From NCBI GenBank assembly GCA_047967505.1, contig CM106538.1: a stretch of 64,000 nt of DNA. The stretch is one strand, 5' to 3'. This document shows positions 1 through 12,400 of this stretch, piece after piece (position 1 is the stretch's first letter; each line of letters opens with the position of its first letter). The stretch comes from Dipteris shenzhenensis (lineage: Eukaryota). A program made the translations under genes and the position numbers. Under the pieces are notes generated by a model. That model saw only the letters and a program-made list of their open reading frames with translations, was not told the DNA's origin and searched no databases.

Positions 1-249
1 AAGACTGTGAAGCCCATTTCATCATCACTGGCTACAACAACCCTGATTCCTTAGCATCCAGCCTCCGTCCTCTACTGTTTCCAGCTTGCCATCGAAGCTT
101 CTTTCACAGGAGCGCACAGTTGGGAGGCAGCGCCATCTATTGTATCAGTTCTATAGTAATCAAATTTTTGATTCTCCATACTATCTTGTTTTCTCTCTCG
201 CATACGAGATCCTCTTATCTATTGAGCACAGACGTATTATTTTCTTACA

Positions 250-261
250 TGGTATCAGAGC
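250..261 (+). promoter_or_regulatory. Primer-binding site complementary to tRNA-iMet 3' end
   Basis: TGGTATCAGAGC immediately after the LTR end ...TTACA. Confidence 0.95.
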
Positions 262-319
262 CTGGACTCTAGCAAGAAGATTTGGTAGTGTGCTTCTGTT
301 TGTGAGCAGATTGTGAAAG

Positions 320-3300
320 ATGGCCCAGCCCGCAAGACTACGAATCCCACCGTTCGGTGAAAGCAAAAAGTTGGACAGCTCTAACTATCCTCTCTAGAAG
401 TTCAAGATGAAGACCATCCTAAGCGCATAATCCTAAGCGCATACGAGCTTTGGGACACTGCTATATGGGTGGACGTGAGGTCGGTTGCGAGACCAGATCC
501 AACCAATGCAGGAAAATAGATAGTACCAATTGCGGATGAGATTCTCGCGTGGATAAGAAGAAATGCAAATGCGCTGTGTTCTATTGTCTGCAATGTAAGT
601 GATTCCATCATTGTGTTAATTCAACATGTCACCATAGCGGAGGAGGCATGGACGGTCTTGAAAAATTAGTACGAGACCACGAATCAGATGCGGATTCAGA
701 ATCTGGAGACTCAACTCATGAACGAGAAATTGTCTGAGTCTGAAGTGGCAGAGAAGTTCATCACCAGGGTGAAGAACCTGCGTGATCAGATGACTGTGAT
801 TGGCATCACCATCACCAGCGAGAATCTAGCACAGAGGTGCATACGGATTCTCCCACCAAAGTACGACTGTCTTGTTACGGCGCTAAATACGCAGAATAGA
901 AATCCGCCCCTCAACTTTGAGGATTTTAGCGTGATGCTTCTGGAGGAGGAGATGCATCAAAAGATGAGGACTGGAGAAGATTCGACTTTCTGGACCGGAT
1001 CAAAGAAAGGTAAGGGTAAGGACTCTGGTAACCCATATTCTTCTGATGATAAAAAGAGAAAGAAGAAGATCAAGTGCTTCTATTGCAACAAGGCAGGGCA
1101 CAAGCAGAATGAGTGCCACAAGAAGATTGTAGATGGGAAGAACGGAGTAAAGAAAGAGTCTAGCAACAGCACGCAGGCAGTACCAGTAGAGCTGTTCGTC
1201 GCAATTGAGGAGATTTGCACGGAGGTAGTTCATGTACCTGTGGATGAACCTTGGATTATTGACAGTGGTGCATCGCGCCACATGACCAGTCAGAAGGATT
1301 GGTATACCTCTCTACAGCCGGTAGGGAATGACGTCCTGGTAGCAATCGGCAATGATGCAAAATGTCCAGCAAAAGGAAAAGGTATGATTGCTCTCAAGTT
1401 AGATGGAGTTGTAAAACAGTTGTCCGATGTTCTTTATGTGCCAGATATTAAGAGAAACTTGTTGTCCGTTTCTACGATCACGGATCGGGACCTCAAAGTT
1501 CACTTCGATAAGAATGGCGCACAGATTGTGGATCTTCAAGGGAAGGTCATTGGTAAAGGTACATGGCGCAACAACATTTACAAACTCTCAGCTTTCAGTG
1601 CTCGAGCCGATGTGAAGAACACTAAGTTGTGGCATGAGAGGTTTGGTCATTTAAACCTTAGTTCTTTGAAGGAGATGCATAAAAGTGGAATGATTGCAGA
1701 CCTACCAGAAATTTTAGATCTGCCCGATGTATGTGAAGCTTACATGATGGGCAAGTAGCATCGGCAGCCCTTTCCTAAAGAGACCAGCAAGGCAAAGGCT
1801 CCTCTAGAGCTCGTTCACACGGACCTCTGCGGAAAGATGGAGACGGAAGCTTTGGGTGGTTCCTACTACTTCATGACGTTGATCGACGACTACAATAGAA
1901 GGATATGGATATACTTCTTGAAGACTAAAGACGAGGCTTTTAGCAAGTTCAAGGAATGGCATGTAATGGTCAAGAAAGAATCGGGGAGGAAGGTGAAGAA
2001 ATTGAGATCAGACAGAGGTGGAGAGTTCACATCAATTGAATTCGAGAGTTACTTCAAAAGTCATGGGATCAAAAGGCAGAAACCCCTGCCACATACATCA
2101 CAGCAAAATGGAGTAGCAGAATGCAAGATGCGCGTCATCTGCGAAATGGGCCGAAGTATGATGAAAGGGAAAGATTTGCCAAAGACTTTCTGGGCTAAAG
2201 CATGTAACACTCTAGTTTACATTCTCAATCGTAGCTACACGAATGCTGTGAACGGGGGATGACTCCACTGCAGGCCTTTTCTGGTAAGAAACCTTCAGCT
2301 GCACATTTTAGAGTTTTTGGATGTGACTGTTTTGTGCATGTCCCTGATGCTACCAGGACCAAATGGGAACCGAAGAGCTGGAAGTGTATTTTCTTAGGCT
2401 ATAGTGAAGAGGCGAAGGGTTACCGTCTCTATAACCCTGTCACCAAGAAGGTTATAGTAAGTCACGATGTGGTCTTCTCAGAACAGCCGCATCAATTAGA
2501 GGAGGATGCTTCCTTCCCAGACAACCAGGACCAGGATATCCATCTAGTACCACCACCAACAGCAGACTGAACTCCCCCAACGGTGCTTGGGAGGATTCAA
2601 GATAAAGAAGATGAAGAAGAGCCTGCAGAACCACAATGGCAACAGCCATTCCTGAAGTGGGTAAAGCAGCTTTTGGACGGCAGAGAACCTCCAGCCATTG
2701 AGGAGGAACCATCCGAACACCGCCGGTCCAAGAGATTAGAGGAGCAAAGAAGAGCACAGGAACACTTGGTCAACTATGCTTTGATGACTGAGGTGATCCG
2801 TGCTGATGAACCCAAGTGTCTTGAAGAGGCACAGGGTGATGATAGGTGGATGGAGGCTATGCAGTCGGAGTATGGCTCCATAATAAAGAACAACCCTTGG
2901 GACCTTGTGGATCGACCACCCAAACGCAAGGTAATCGGAACCAAGTGGGTGTACAAGACCAAGTGCAAGTCCGACGGCACGTTGGATAAGTATAAGGCTC
3001 GGCTCATGGCAAAAGGATTCGCACAGGTACATGGTTTTGATTATCAGGATACTTTTGCTCCCATAACTTGACTAACCACAATTCGCAATGTTTTGGCTTT
3101 AGCTGCCCAAGGAAAGTTGGCCTGTGTTTCAGATGGATGTGAAATCCGTCTTTCTGAATGGAGATCTCAAGGAGGAGGTATACGTGGAACAACCACCAAG
3201 TTTTGTGATCCCCGGTTCAGAAGGTAAAGTCTGTAAACTGAAGAAGGCACTTTATGGGCTGAAACAGGCCCCACGAGCATGGTACCAGCAAATTGATGCC

Positions 3301-4330
3301 TACTTTCTACAAAATGGGTTCAAGAGGAGCCCATCTGATGCAAATTTGTATATCTTCAGAGAAGGAGGCAGGTGTATGATCGTGGTCCTTTATGTGGACG
3401 ACCTTGTCATAACAGGGAACCATGAAGAGAAGATCTCGCAGACAAAGAAGTTACTAGGAAGAGAGTTTGATATGACAGACCTCGGACTGATGCATTTTTG
3501 TTTGGGGATTGAAGTTTGGCAAGAGCCGAAACGGATCTTCATTTCACAGCTGAAGTATGCTAGAGAGATACTGAAGGCATTTGGCATGGCTAAGTGCAAG
3601 ACAGTTGGTACCCCTATGGAGGTTGACGCGAAGCTCTCAAACGAGGATTCATCACCACTAGTGGACGAAGCGAAGTAAAAAGACTTGTGGGCAGCTTGAT
3701 TTACTCGTGCAACATGCAGCCGAACATCAACTTTGTGACTGGTGTACTAAGTAGGTTTTCCAATAAGCCCCGGGAGAAGGAGGGCAGGGATGCGGGTGCT
3801 GAAATACATCAAAGGCACACTTGTTGATTATGGTATCACCTATACCAAGGGCAACATCTTGACCGGATTCTGTGACTCAGACTGGGCAGGAGACGTGGAC
3901 AGCAGGAGATCAGTGACGAGATATTGTTTCTCACTTGGATCTGAAGCTATGTCATGGGTCAGCAAGAAGCAACCTATAGTTGCTCTTTCTTCTACCGAGG
4001 CTGAGTACAAATCGGCATGCTTTGCTTCTTGCGAGGCAGTGTGGTTGAGGAGGATTTTGGGGGACATGGGTGCAGTGTAGAACAAGCCTACGTAGTTATC
4101 ATGTGACAATTAGAGTTGCATGGCAATTGCAAAGAACCCTGTGTTCCACGCTCGCACAAAACACATTGAGATTTAATATCACTTTGTACACGAGCTCATC
4201 ATGGATGGAGAGGTCGACTTGGTGTACTGTCCAACTACAGAGAATGCTGCAGACATCTTCATGAAGGCTCTTGGAAGAGAATTTCTGGAGAGGCATCTTC
4301 ATCGACTTGGCATTGGTCCGAAAAACTAAG
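320..4330 (+). pseudogene. Copia gag-pol, with multiple stops and frameshifts
   Basis: Zinc knuckle CFYCNKAGHKQNEC; protease WIIDSGASRH; LWHERFGH; integrase LRSDRGGEF and [20 protein letters not shown] and LYVDDL; RNase H FCDSDWAGD and SSTEAEY. Confidence 0.96.
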
Positions 4331-4361
4331 TTCACTTGCGCAAGTAGACATTGAGGGGGGG

Positions 4362-5087
4362 TGTTAGATATCAATGCTCCACCTTCATGTAACTACGTTG
4401 GAACTAGCTAACTCTACTTGTAAGCCCCCCCATATGAGGAGAAGGCATTTGAGTAGCTCAGTTATCCGGTAGGTCCTGGTTTGACACCAGATGGGGGCCA
4501 TGTGTGGCCTGATGGCTAGATGGAGTTGGCACACTGCCAACTAGGCTACATGCAAGTGCGGGAAGGCATCCCATGACTGACTGCACTGAGGGTAGATGGA
4601 GCTTTTGTTGGGGCAGCCCACTCTCGGGTTGCGGGGCCCGTTTGGAGGCCCAGATGATCCCGGATGGCTGTGGGCCGAAGAGAGACCGTAGGTAAGTTGC
4701 TCTATTTTACGCCACGGTCCTATCGTGTGGTCGGTGGCCTATTTCAAGACCACACCCCCAGTCGACTGTTTTGGGCAGACTAGGTCGGTCACCAAATTGG
4801 GTCTAACCGACTACGACTAGTGGCTATATAAGAACAAGCCCGTGAAGCCCATTTCATCATCACTGGCTATAGCAACCCTGATTCCTTAACATCTAGCCTG
4901 CGTCTTCTATTGTTTCCAGCTTGCCATCGAAGCTTCTTTCATAGGAGCACACGGTTGGGAGGCAGCGCCATCTATTGCATCAGTTCTACAGTAATCAAAT
5001 TTTTGATTCTCCATACTATCTTGTTTTCTCTCTTGCGTACGAGATCTTGTTATCTGTTGAGCACAGATGTTGTATTATTTTCTTACA
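4362..5087 (+). repeat. 3' LTR of copia family 1 (726 bp)
   Basis: Starts TGTTAG after the PPT and ends TCTTACA; homologous to 1-249 and, inverted, to 55231-55646. Confidence 0.95.
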
Positions 5088-7184
5088 TCCATTACCTAAA
5101 GAGACTCATAATAAGGATGATTGAGTCTATGCACGATTATGTGCATCACAATCACTCTTTTCTACCATGGATAAAAAAGGAAAGAAAAAGGAATTGACAT
5201 TGGAATTTTTTACATTATTATAGACTTGGGATGTTCTTAAGTAATCTCCTTTATTGTTTGTGAAATGATCATGTCTTTCTTAAGGATTGTTAAAGTCCCA
5301 AGGTTAAGGAGACTTTAAGCCTAGATCGTGGTGCTTATGATGTAGGAATCAACCAAGACATATTTCCATTGATTTTGAATTCATTATAATGCCCCTTAGT
5401 GGGATAATCCTTTTTACTTATAAATAGAATGACCTTGATGATGCAGGATTTGGAGACCCTTCAAAGATTTTATCTTGTAGGTTTATAAGCTTGGCTTAAT
5501 TTGAAATGAAAACCAGAGGATTCCATTTCATGATTGATGTATTCTGGGGTTTCTGTTTACTCTTTTTAGAATTTCTCTAGCATTTTATACACATTTTATA
5601 AACATTTCATCAACTTTTTAGGAGCCAACCTTTGATTACTTTTGGAGTAACAAAATGCCCAAGATTCATTCATTGCTAAGCTAGATAGAGTGGCATGGAT
5701 AACAACTGTGTGCCAGCATTGAATCCTGGCTTCCATAGCAAAAATGTATTGTTCTAACCTTCATTTTTGTTGTGATGGTACACCTCTTTGTCAAATTTGC
5801 AAGTGGAGTCTTGGGCATGATATTAAGAAAAAGGACATTGGCAACATGAAAGAATACACTTGAGGGACTTATAAGGGGATATATAGTACTATCAACCCTG
5901 TTTGAGCACACTTACTTAATTGTATCCATTTGAAGTGGGAATAAGAATATGAACTGTCTTAAAGGTTGCTTGATTTAGAAATTGTCCTATGGATTTTACC
6001 ATTGCATAAATTGACAAGAAACTATTCCCTTGGACTCCCATTTTAAAATACACAAGTAAGAAAATGCATTTCTATTTGCTTTGTGATTCTCTTTGCTGCA
6101 CCCTTAAGCAAAAACTAATTAAGAAAATAGTATTGATGAAGTTATGCTAATTTAGATCGAGTGACACGGATAACAACTGTGTGCTGGCATTGAATCCTGC
6201 AGTCCCACAATTCATAGTGTGCATGTTCTAACATGCTATGTTTGTGGATGGATGCAAGTGAGTCGGCATACCTCTCCATCAGGTTTGCATTAGAAAATCT
6301 AAGGCATGAACACACGGTGTTGGCAACTTCGAGGAGCACTCTACAGTGGATTTTCTCCAAGTACTGCTAAATAAGCTTGAACTCTCTATTGGAGACTAAT
6401 CATCAGTATCATTGTACTTTTTGAAATGTGAGTATAATATTTGACTCTCATTTTGACACCTTGTTAAGAGGAATGCTATGATATGGATTATTCTCACTTA
6501 TGTGGTATTGAGAAGTTGGTTATTAATGGACTACTCTCTCTAGGTGTTTAAAAGGGCAATAGTAGATGTTTGCAATTTGTTTACTATGACATTGAAAACT
6601 AGTCCAGTAGTATAGTAGGATAGATGTTTGATAGGCAAAACACACACTAGTATATCCCATCATACGATAAGAAAAATCTTACGACTAACGGCCATACTTG
6701 GATTGACTTATTTCGGCTGATTGAATTTTCAGGCTTGATTGCGGCACAAGGATTATGGGACCAACCCCTTTCCTTAATTGCTATAACGTGATGCTAACAT
6801 CAAGTTATTGGACACATCCATTGCCCATGGTATGGAAGATTGACAAAGAAATGCAATTCCTCTTCACGTATTTGATATTCACAGGAAGTCTCCATATCGT
6901 AGAGGTAATCTATCTAGAAGCTCAAAATGTTAATCATCATTAGAAGCATGTTATTTTGATACTTGGGATTGATACCCTCGACCAACTGGTCGAACGTCTT
7001 GCACTTGATACACTTTATGATTGTCCCCGACCTTCCGGTCTAAAAACTCTTCCATGACTATGGAAATTTGATGACCCTTCACCGACTGGTTAGAGAGGAT
7101 TTATACTTTTACTTACTTTTTAGTTACTAGTTAGAAAGGATTAATGAGACACTGGTATATCCATTTAAGTTTATGTTTTAGTTT

Positions 7185-8187
7185 ATTCGTATTCCCTCTC
7201 TTGAGTCTCTCTTCCCTTTTCTTTCTTTCAAAGCCATAAAAGTTCTTTCTATTCGGTCGCTCATTGCACACACATGGTCCATCCATTTCTCGAGCCATCA
7301 AGGGAGTTACTTACCCTATTCTAGGCAAAATCTATGAGTGGTGGATCGTTGATAAAGGTGGAGTCTTGAGGGAGCATCCTGCTCAGGCGAAATTAGAATG
7401 GGTGAAGAGCAGTTTTCATGACAGTTTGACTCCCTGTTAGTCTTTTGCTCATAACTTTCCGCTCGTTAGTCTGATTTTGATGAAACTTATATCAGCGCGA
7501 AGCTCTCTTCAAGGGCATGTCTTTATGTTATTAGACCTTGAATCAGATACTACAGCAAAAAGTTATGAGTCTCTGTGCTTAACAGTTTGTTTTCATGATA
7601 GTTTTTACCCCCATCTAGTAAACCGCCCATAACTTTCTGGCCGCTTCTTTGTTTCTTACAAAATGTATATTAGCGCGAAGCCCATCTCAAGGTGCATCTC
7701 TATATGTGTTTGAATCTTTCATATCATATCTCTACCAAAAGTTATAGGCCTTTGTGTTTAATGATAGTTTGCAGAGTATTTTTAGCTAAGTGTAAAGGTA
7801 TCTATGAAGGAGGTGTAATGTTTCCTCGGAACCTAACCATCCGACCCAATTAGCCCCTTTAAGGTCCTCAATATATATTAGTTCATGTCATGTTGAGCTG
7901 CAAGATCTTCTTTCAACAACGTATCACTCTTCTCTTTGGTGCAAACCGGCTTGCCGAGCTTATGGCCTCTGCTGATCCTTCCCTTCTCCCTATGCTTGAG
8001 TACAACATCACTTGGGATGTTACCATCTTCATTCTCATCTAAGGGAGGAAAGTATGGTGTGGTATCTAGGCATAAATGCTTCTTTTTAATGTCCCTTTCT
8101 CATTGATAAATATCTTTGTCACTCAGTTCAAAAGCAGTACGAAGTGAAGAGGTGCATGAAGTTTATTACCCCCAACTTCATGTCACA
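7185..8187 (+). repeat. Ty3/gypsy-family LTR (solo or 3' LTR; left boundary approximate)
   Basis: Inverted homology to 40454-41450 (e.g. TCTATGAAGGAGGTG...TTCCTCGGAACCTA); ends ...CTTCATGTCACA against a copia fragment. Confidence 0.8.
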
Positions 8188-9468
8188 TTGCCCTTCACAT
8201 ACCTGAGCACCGCATCCCTGCATTCCAATGATTCTCTTGGGCTTATTGGAGAACCTGCTCAAAATGCCAATACCAAAACTGATGTCCGGTCTGGTGTTGC
8301 ACAGATAGATGAGATTGCCGACCAACTTCTTGTACCTCCTGATGTCTATTGGTGGTGAGGCATCCTCCATAGATAGCCTCGCATTTACCTCCATAGGTGT
8401 AGCTATCTCCTTGCATTCGGACATACCAAATGTCTTTAAGATCTCCCTTGCATATTTTTGCTGAGAGATGAAGATCTTGCCTGGCTTAGATTTCAATCCC
8501 CAAACAGTAGTGCATCAAGCCTAAGTCTGTCATCTCAAACTCTGTGCTCAGTGCCTTTCTAGTCTACTGGATCATGTCTTCATAGTCACTTGTAATAAGG
8601 AGATCATCCACATATAGAAAAATAATAGCAGATTTTCCACCTTTTCTGTACACATACAAGTTAGCATCTGAGGCACATCTTTTGAAGTTTAATTTATGAA
8701 AGAATTTGTCTATCCATTAGTACCATGCTCTTGAGGCCTATTTCAGCCCGTACAGAGCCTTCTTCAGCTTACATACCTTGTTCTCAGAATGGGGGGCCTC
8801 AAACCGAGGTGGCTAAGCCACATACACCTCCTCCTTGATGTCACCATTCAAGAATGCTCATTTAACATCCATTTGATAAACTGGCCACTTTTTATGAGTA
8901 GGCACCGATAGTACTGTGCGAATAGTGGTCATTCTGGTAGTTGGAGCGAAAGATTCCTGAAAACCAAACCCTTCAACATGCGAAAATCCTTATGCAACCA
9001 ATCTGGCTTTGTACTTGCGAAAGTCCCATCGGCCTTGTACTTTACCTTCCAAACCCACTTGGTGCCAATAACCTTTCTGTTAGGTGGTCGATCTACCAGC
9101 TCCCAAGTTTCATTCTTCATGATGCTATCATATTCTACTTGCATAGCATTTTTCCAATCTCGGTCTGCAAGTGCTTCCTCCAAACTCGCAAGCTCCTTTA
9201 CTTCTACAATAATCTCAATCATCAAGGCCATATTGACTATGTGAGCAGAAGCCCTCCTTTGCTCCTTGATTCTCTGAGACCGCCTTGGTCCATCTGCATG
9301 CTGCTCAACAGACATAGGCATCTGGTTATCATGGTCATAGAGCTGCCTTACCCATCGTGGCAATGGCTTTTCTGGTGGTGTAACAATAGGTTAGTGACTT
9401 ATACCTTCAATTGGGTATTTCCTCCTCCTTTATAGCTCCTGGGATAGGTCCATAGTGAATTACCTCTT
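8188..9468 (-). mobile_element. Copia family 2 RT fragment
   Basis: [25 protein letters not shown] and LIYLCNTRPDISF; closely similar to about 53090-54380. Confidence 0.93.
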
Positions 9469-12400
9469 GCACAATACTTTTCCTATGCCTTAACCTAGGT
9501 GGTATTGAAATGTTCTCAAAGAGGCACACCCATCCGATAAGTACTTGGTTAGATAACATACCTAAGGGCGTGTTTTTTTGCGGATGTGCATATCACTACG
9601 GGAAAAACATTGTATAATGCATAATCGACCATGCAGAGCATATCTGATGGTGACAATACTTTGCACGCATCTCCACCTAGTTGAAACGGACTTGCGTGCA
9701 AACTGGAGCCCCCATCCTATGAGTACTTGTTTGATTAACACACTTAGGACCGTGTTTTTTCATGGTTGTGCATGACACTAAGCCAAAAACGGTGTTTTAT
9801 GCTTGATCGACAATGCAAAGCATATCCGATGGGCACAATAGTTTGCACACACCTTCAACTAGGTGGAACTGACTTACATGCAAAGTGGCACACCCATCCC
9901 ATAAGTGATTGATCAGATAACATACCTAGCAACGTGTTTTTTTTACGGATGTGCATGACACTAGAGCAAAAATAGTATTTAATGCTCGATCGACCATGCA
10001 AAGGATATCCGATGGGCACAATACATTTCCTACACTACAACCTAGGTGGTATTGAAATGTTCTCAAAGAGGCACACCCATCCGATAAGTATTTGGTCAGA
10101 TAACACACCTAAGGGCGTGTTTTTTTGTGGATGTGCATATCACTAGGGGAAAAATGGTGTATAATGCGTGATCAACCATGCAAATCATATCCGATGGTGA
10201 TAATACTTTGCACGCACCTCAACGTAGTTGAAACGGACTTGCGTGCAAAGTGGAGCCCCCATCCGATAAGTACTTGTTTGATTAACACACCTAGGACCAT
10301 GTTTTTTCATGGTTGTGCATGACACTAAGGCAAAAACGTTGTTTTATGCTTGATCGACAATGCAAAGCATACCCGATGGGCGCAATACTTTGCACACACC
10401 TTCAACTAGGTGGAATTGACTTACATGCAAAGTGGCACTCCCATCCCATAAGTGCTTGATCAGATAACATACCTAGCAGCGTGTTTTTTTACGGATGTGC
10501 ATGACACTAGAGCAAAAATAGTATTTATTGCTCGATCGATCATGCAAAGGATATCTGATGGGCACAACACTTTCCGATGGGCACAACACTTTTTTTACGC
10601 CTCAACCTAGGTGGTATTGGAATGTTCTCAAAGAGGCACACCCATCTGATAAGTACTTGGTCAGATAACACACCTAAGGGTGTGTTTTTTTGCGGATGTG
10701 CATATCACTCGGGAAAAAATGGTGTATAATGCATGATCGACCATGCAAAGCATATCTAATGGTGACAGTACTTTGCACGCACCTCAACGTAGTTGAAACG
10801 GACTTGTGTGCAAAGTGGAGCCCCCATCCGATAAGTACTTGTTTGAATAACACACCTACGGCCGTGTTTTTATATGGTTGTGCATGACACTAAGGCAAAA
10901 ACGGTGTTTGATGCTTGATCGACAATGCAAAGCATATCCGATGGGAACAATACCCTGCACACACCTTCAACTAGGTGGAATTGACTTACATGCAAAGTGC
11001 CATTCCCATCGCATAAGTACTTGATCAGATAACACACCTAGCAGCGTGTTTTTTTACGATGTGCATGACACTAAGGCAAAAATGGTATTTAATGCTCGAT
11101 CGACCATGCAAAGCATATCCAATGGGCACAATACTTTTCCTATGCCTTAACCTAGGTGGTATTGAAATGTTCTTAATGAGGCACAACCATCCGTTGGTCA
11201 GATAACATACCTAAGGGCATGTTTTTTTGCGGACGTGCATATCACTACATGAAAAATGTTGTATAATGCGTAATCAACCATGTAGAGCATATTTGGTGGA
11301 GCCCCCATCTGATAAGTACTTGTTTGATTAACACACCTAGGACGTGTTTTTTCATGGTTGTGCATGACACTAAGGGAAAAACGGTGTTTTATGCTTAATC
11401 GATAATGCAAAGCATATCCGATGGGTACAATACTTTGCACACACCTTCAACTAGGTGGAATTGATTTGCATGCAAAGTGGCACGCCCATCCCATAAGTAC
11501 TTGATTGGATAACATATCTAGCAGCGTGTTTTTTTACGGATGTGCATGACACTAGAGCAAAAATAGTATTTAATGCTCGATCGACCATGCAAAGGATATC
11601 CGATGGGCACAACACTTTGCCTACACTGCAACCTAGGTGGTATTGAAATGTTCTCAAAGAGGCACACCCATCCGATAAGTACTTGGTGAGATAACACACC
11701 TAAGGGCGTGTTTTTTTGCGGATGTACATATCACTAGGGGAAAAATGGTGTATAATGCGTGATCGACCATGCAAATCATATCCGATGGTGACAATACTTT
11801 GCACGCATCTCCACCTAGTTGAAACGGACTTGCGTGCAAAGTGGAGCCCCCATCCGATAGGTACTTATTCGAATAACACACCTAGGACCATGTTTTTTCA
11901 TGGTTGTGCATGACACTACGGCAAAAACATTGTTTCATGCTTGATCGACAATACAAAGCATATCCGATGGGCACAATACTTTGCACACACCTTCAACCAA
12001 GTGGAATTGACTTACATGCAAAGTGGCACTCCCATCCCATAAGTGCTTGATCGGATAACATACCTAGCAACGTGTTTTTTTACGGATGTGCATGACACTA
12101 GAGCAAAAATAGTATTTAATGCTCGATCGACCATGCAAAGGATATCCAATGGGCACAACACTTTTAGTTCGCCTCAACCTAGGTGGTGTTGAAATGTTCT
12201 GAAAGAGGCACACCCATCCGATAAGTACTTGGTCAGATAACACACCTAAGGGCGTGTTTTTTTGCGGATGTCCATATCACTAGGGAAAAAATGGTGTATA
12301 ATGCGTGATCCACCATGCAAAGCATATCGGATGGTGACAATACTTTGCATGCACCTCAACGTAGTTGAAATGGACTTGCGTGCAAAGTAGAGCCCCCATC

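Larger units (their letters stand above)
1..5087 (+). mobile_element. Ty1/copia LTR retrotransposon, family 1 (5' LTR cut by window edge, decayed internal region)
   Basis: 1-249 matches the 3' part of the LTR at 4362-5087 (TG...CA). PBS TGGTATCAGAGC at 250-261, PPT at 4353-4361, domain order gag-PR-IN-RT-RH. Confidence 0.97.

Noticed and set aside
5640-6360. Two related segments (GGATAACAACTGTGTGC...GCATTGAATCCTG) with Cys-rich translations
   Set aside because: The similarity is real but short, every frame has stops, and no domain can be supported.
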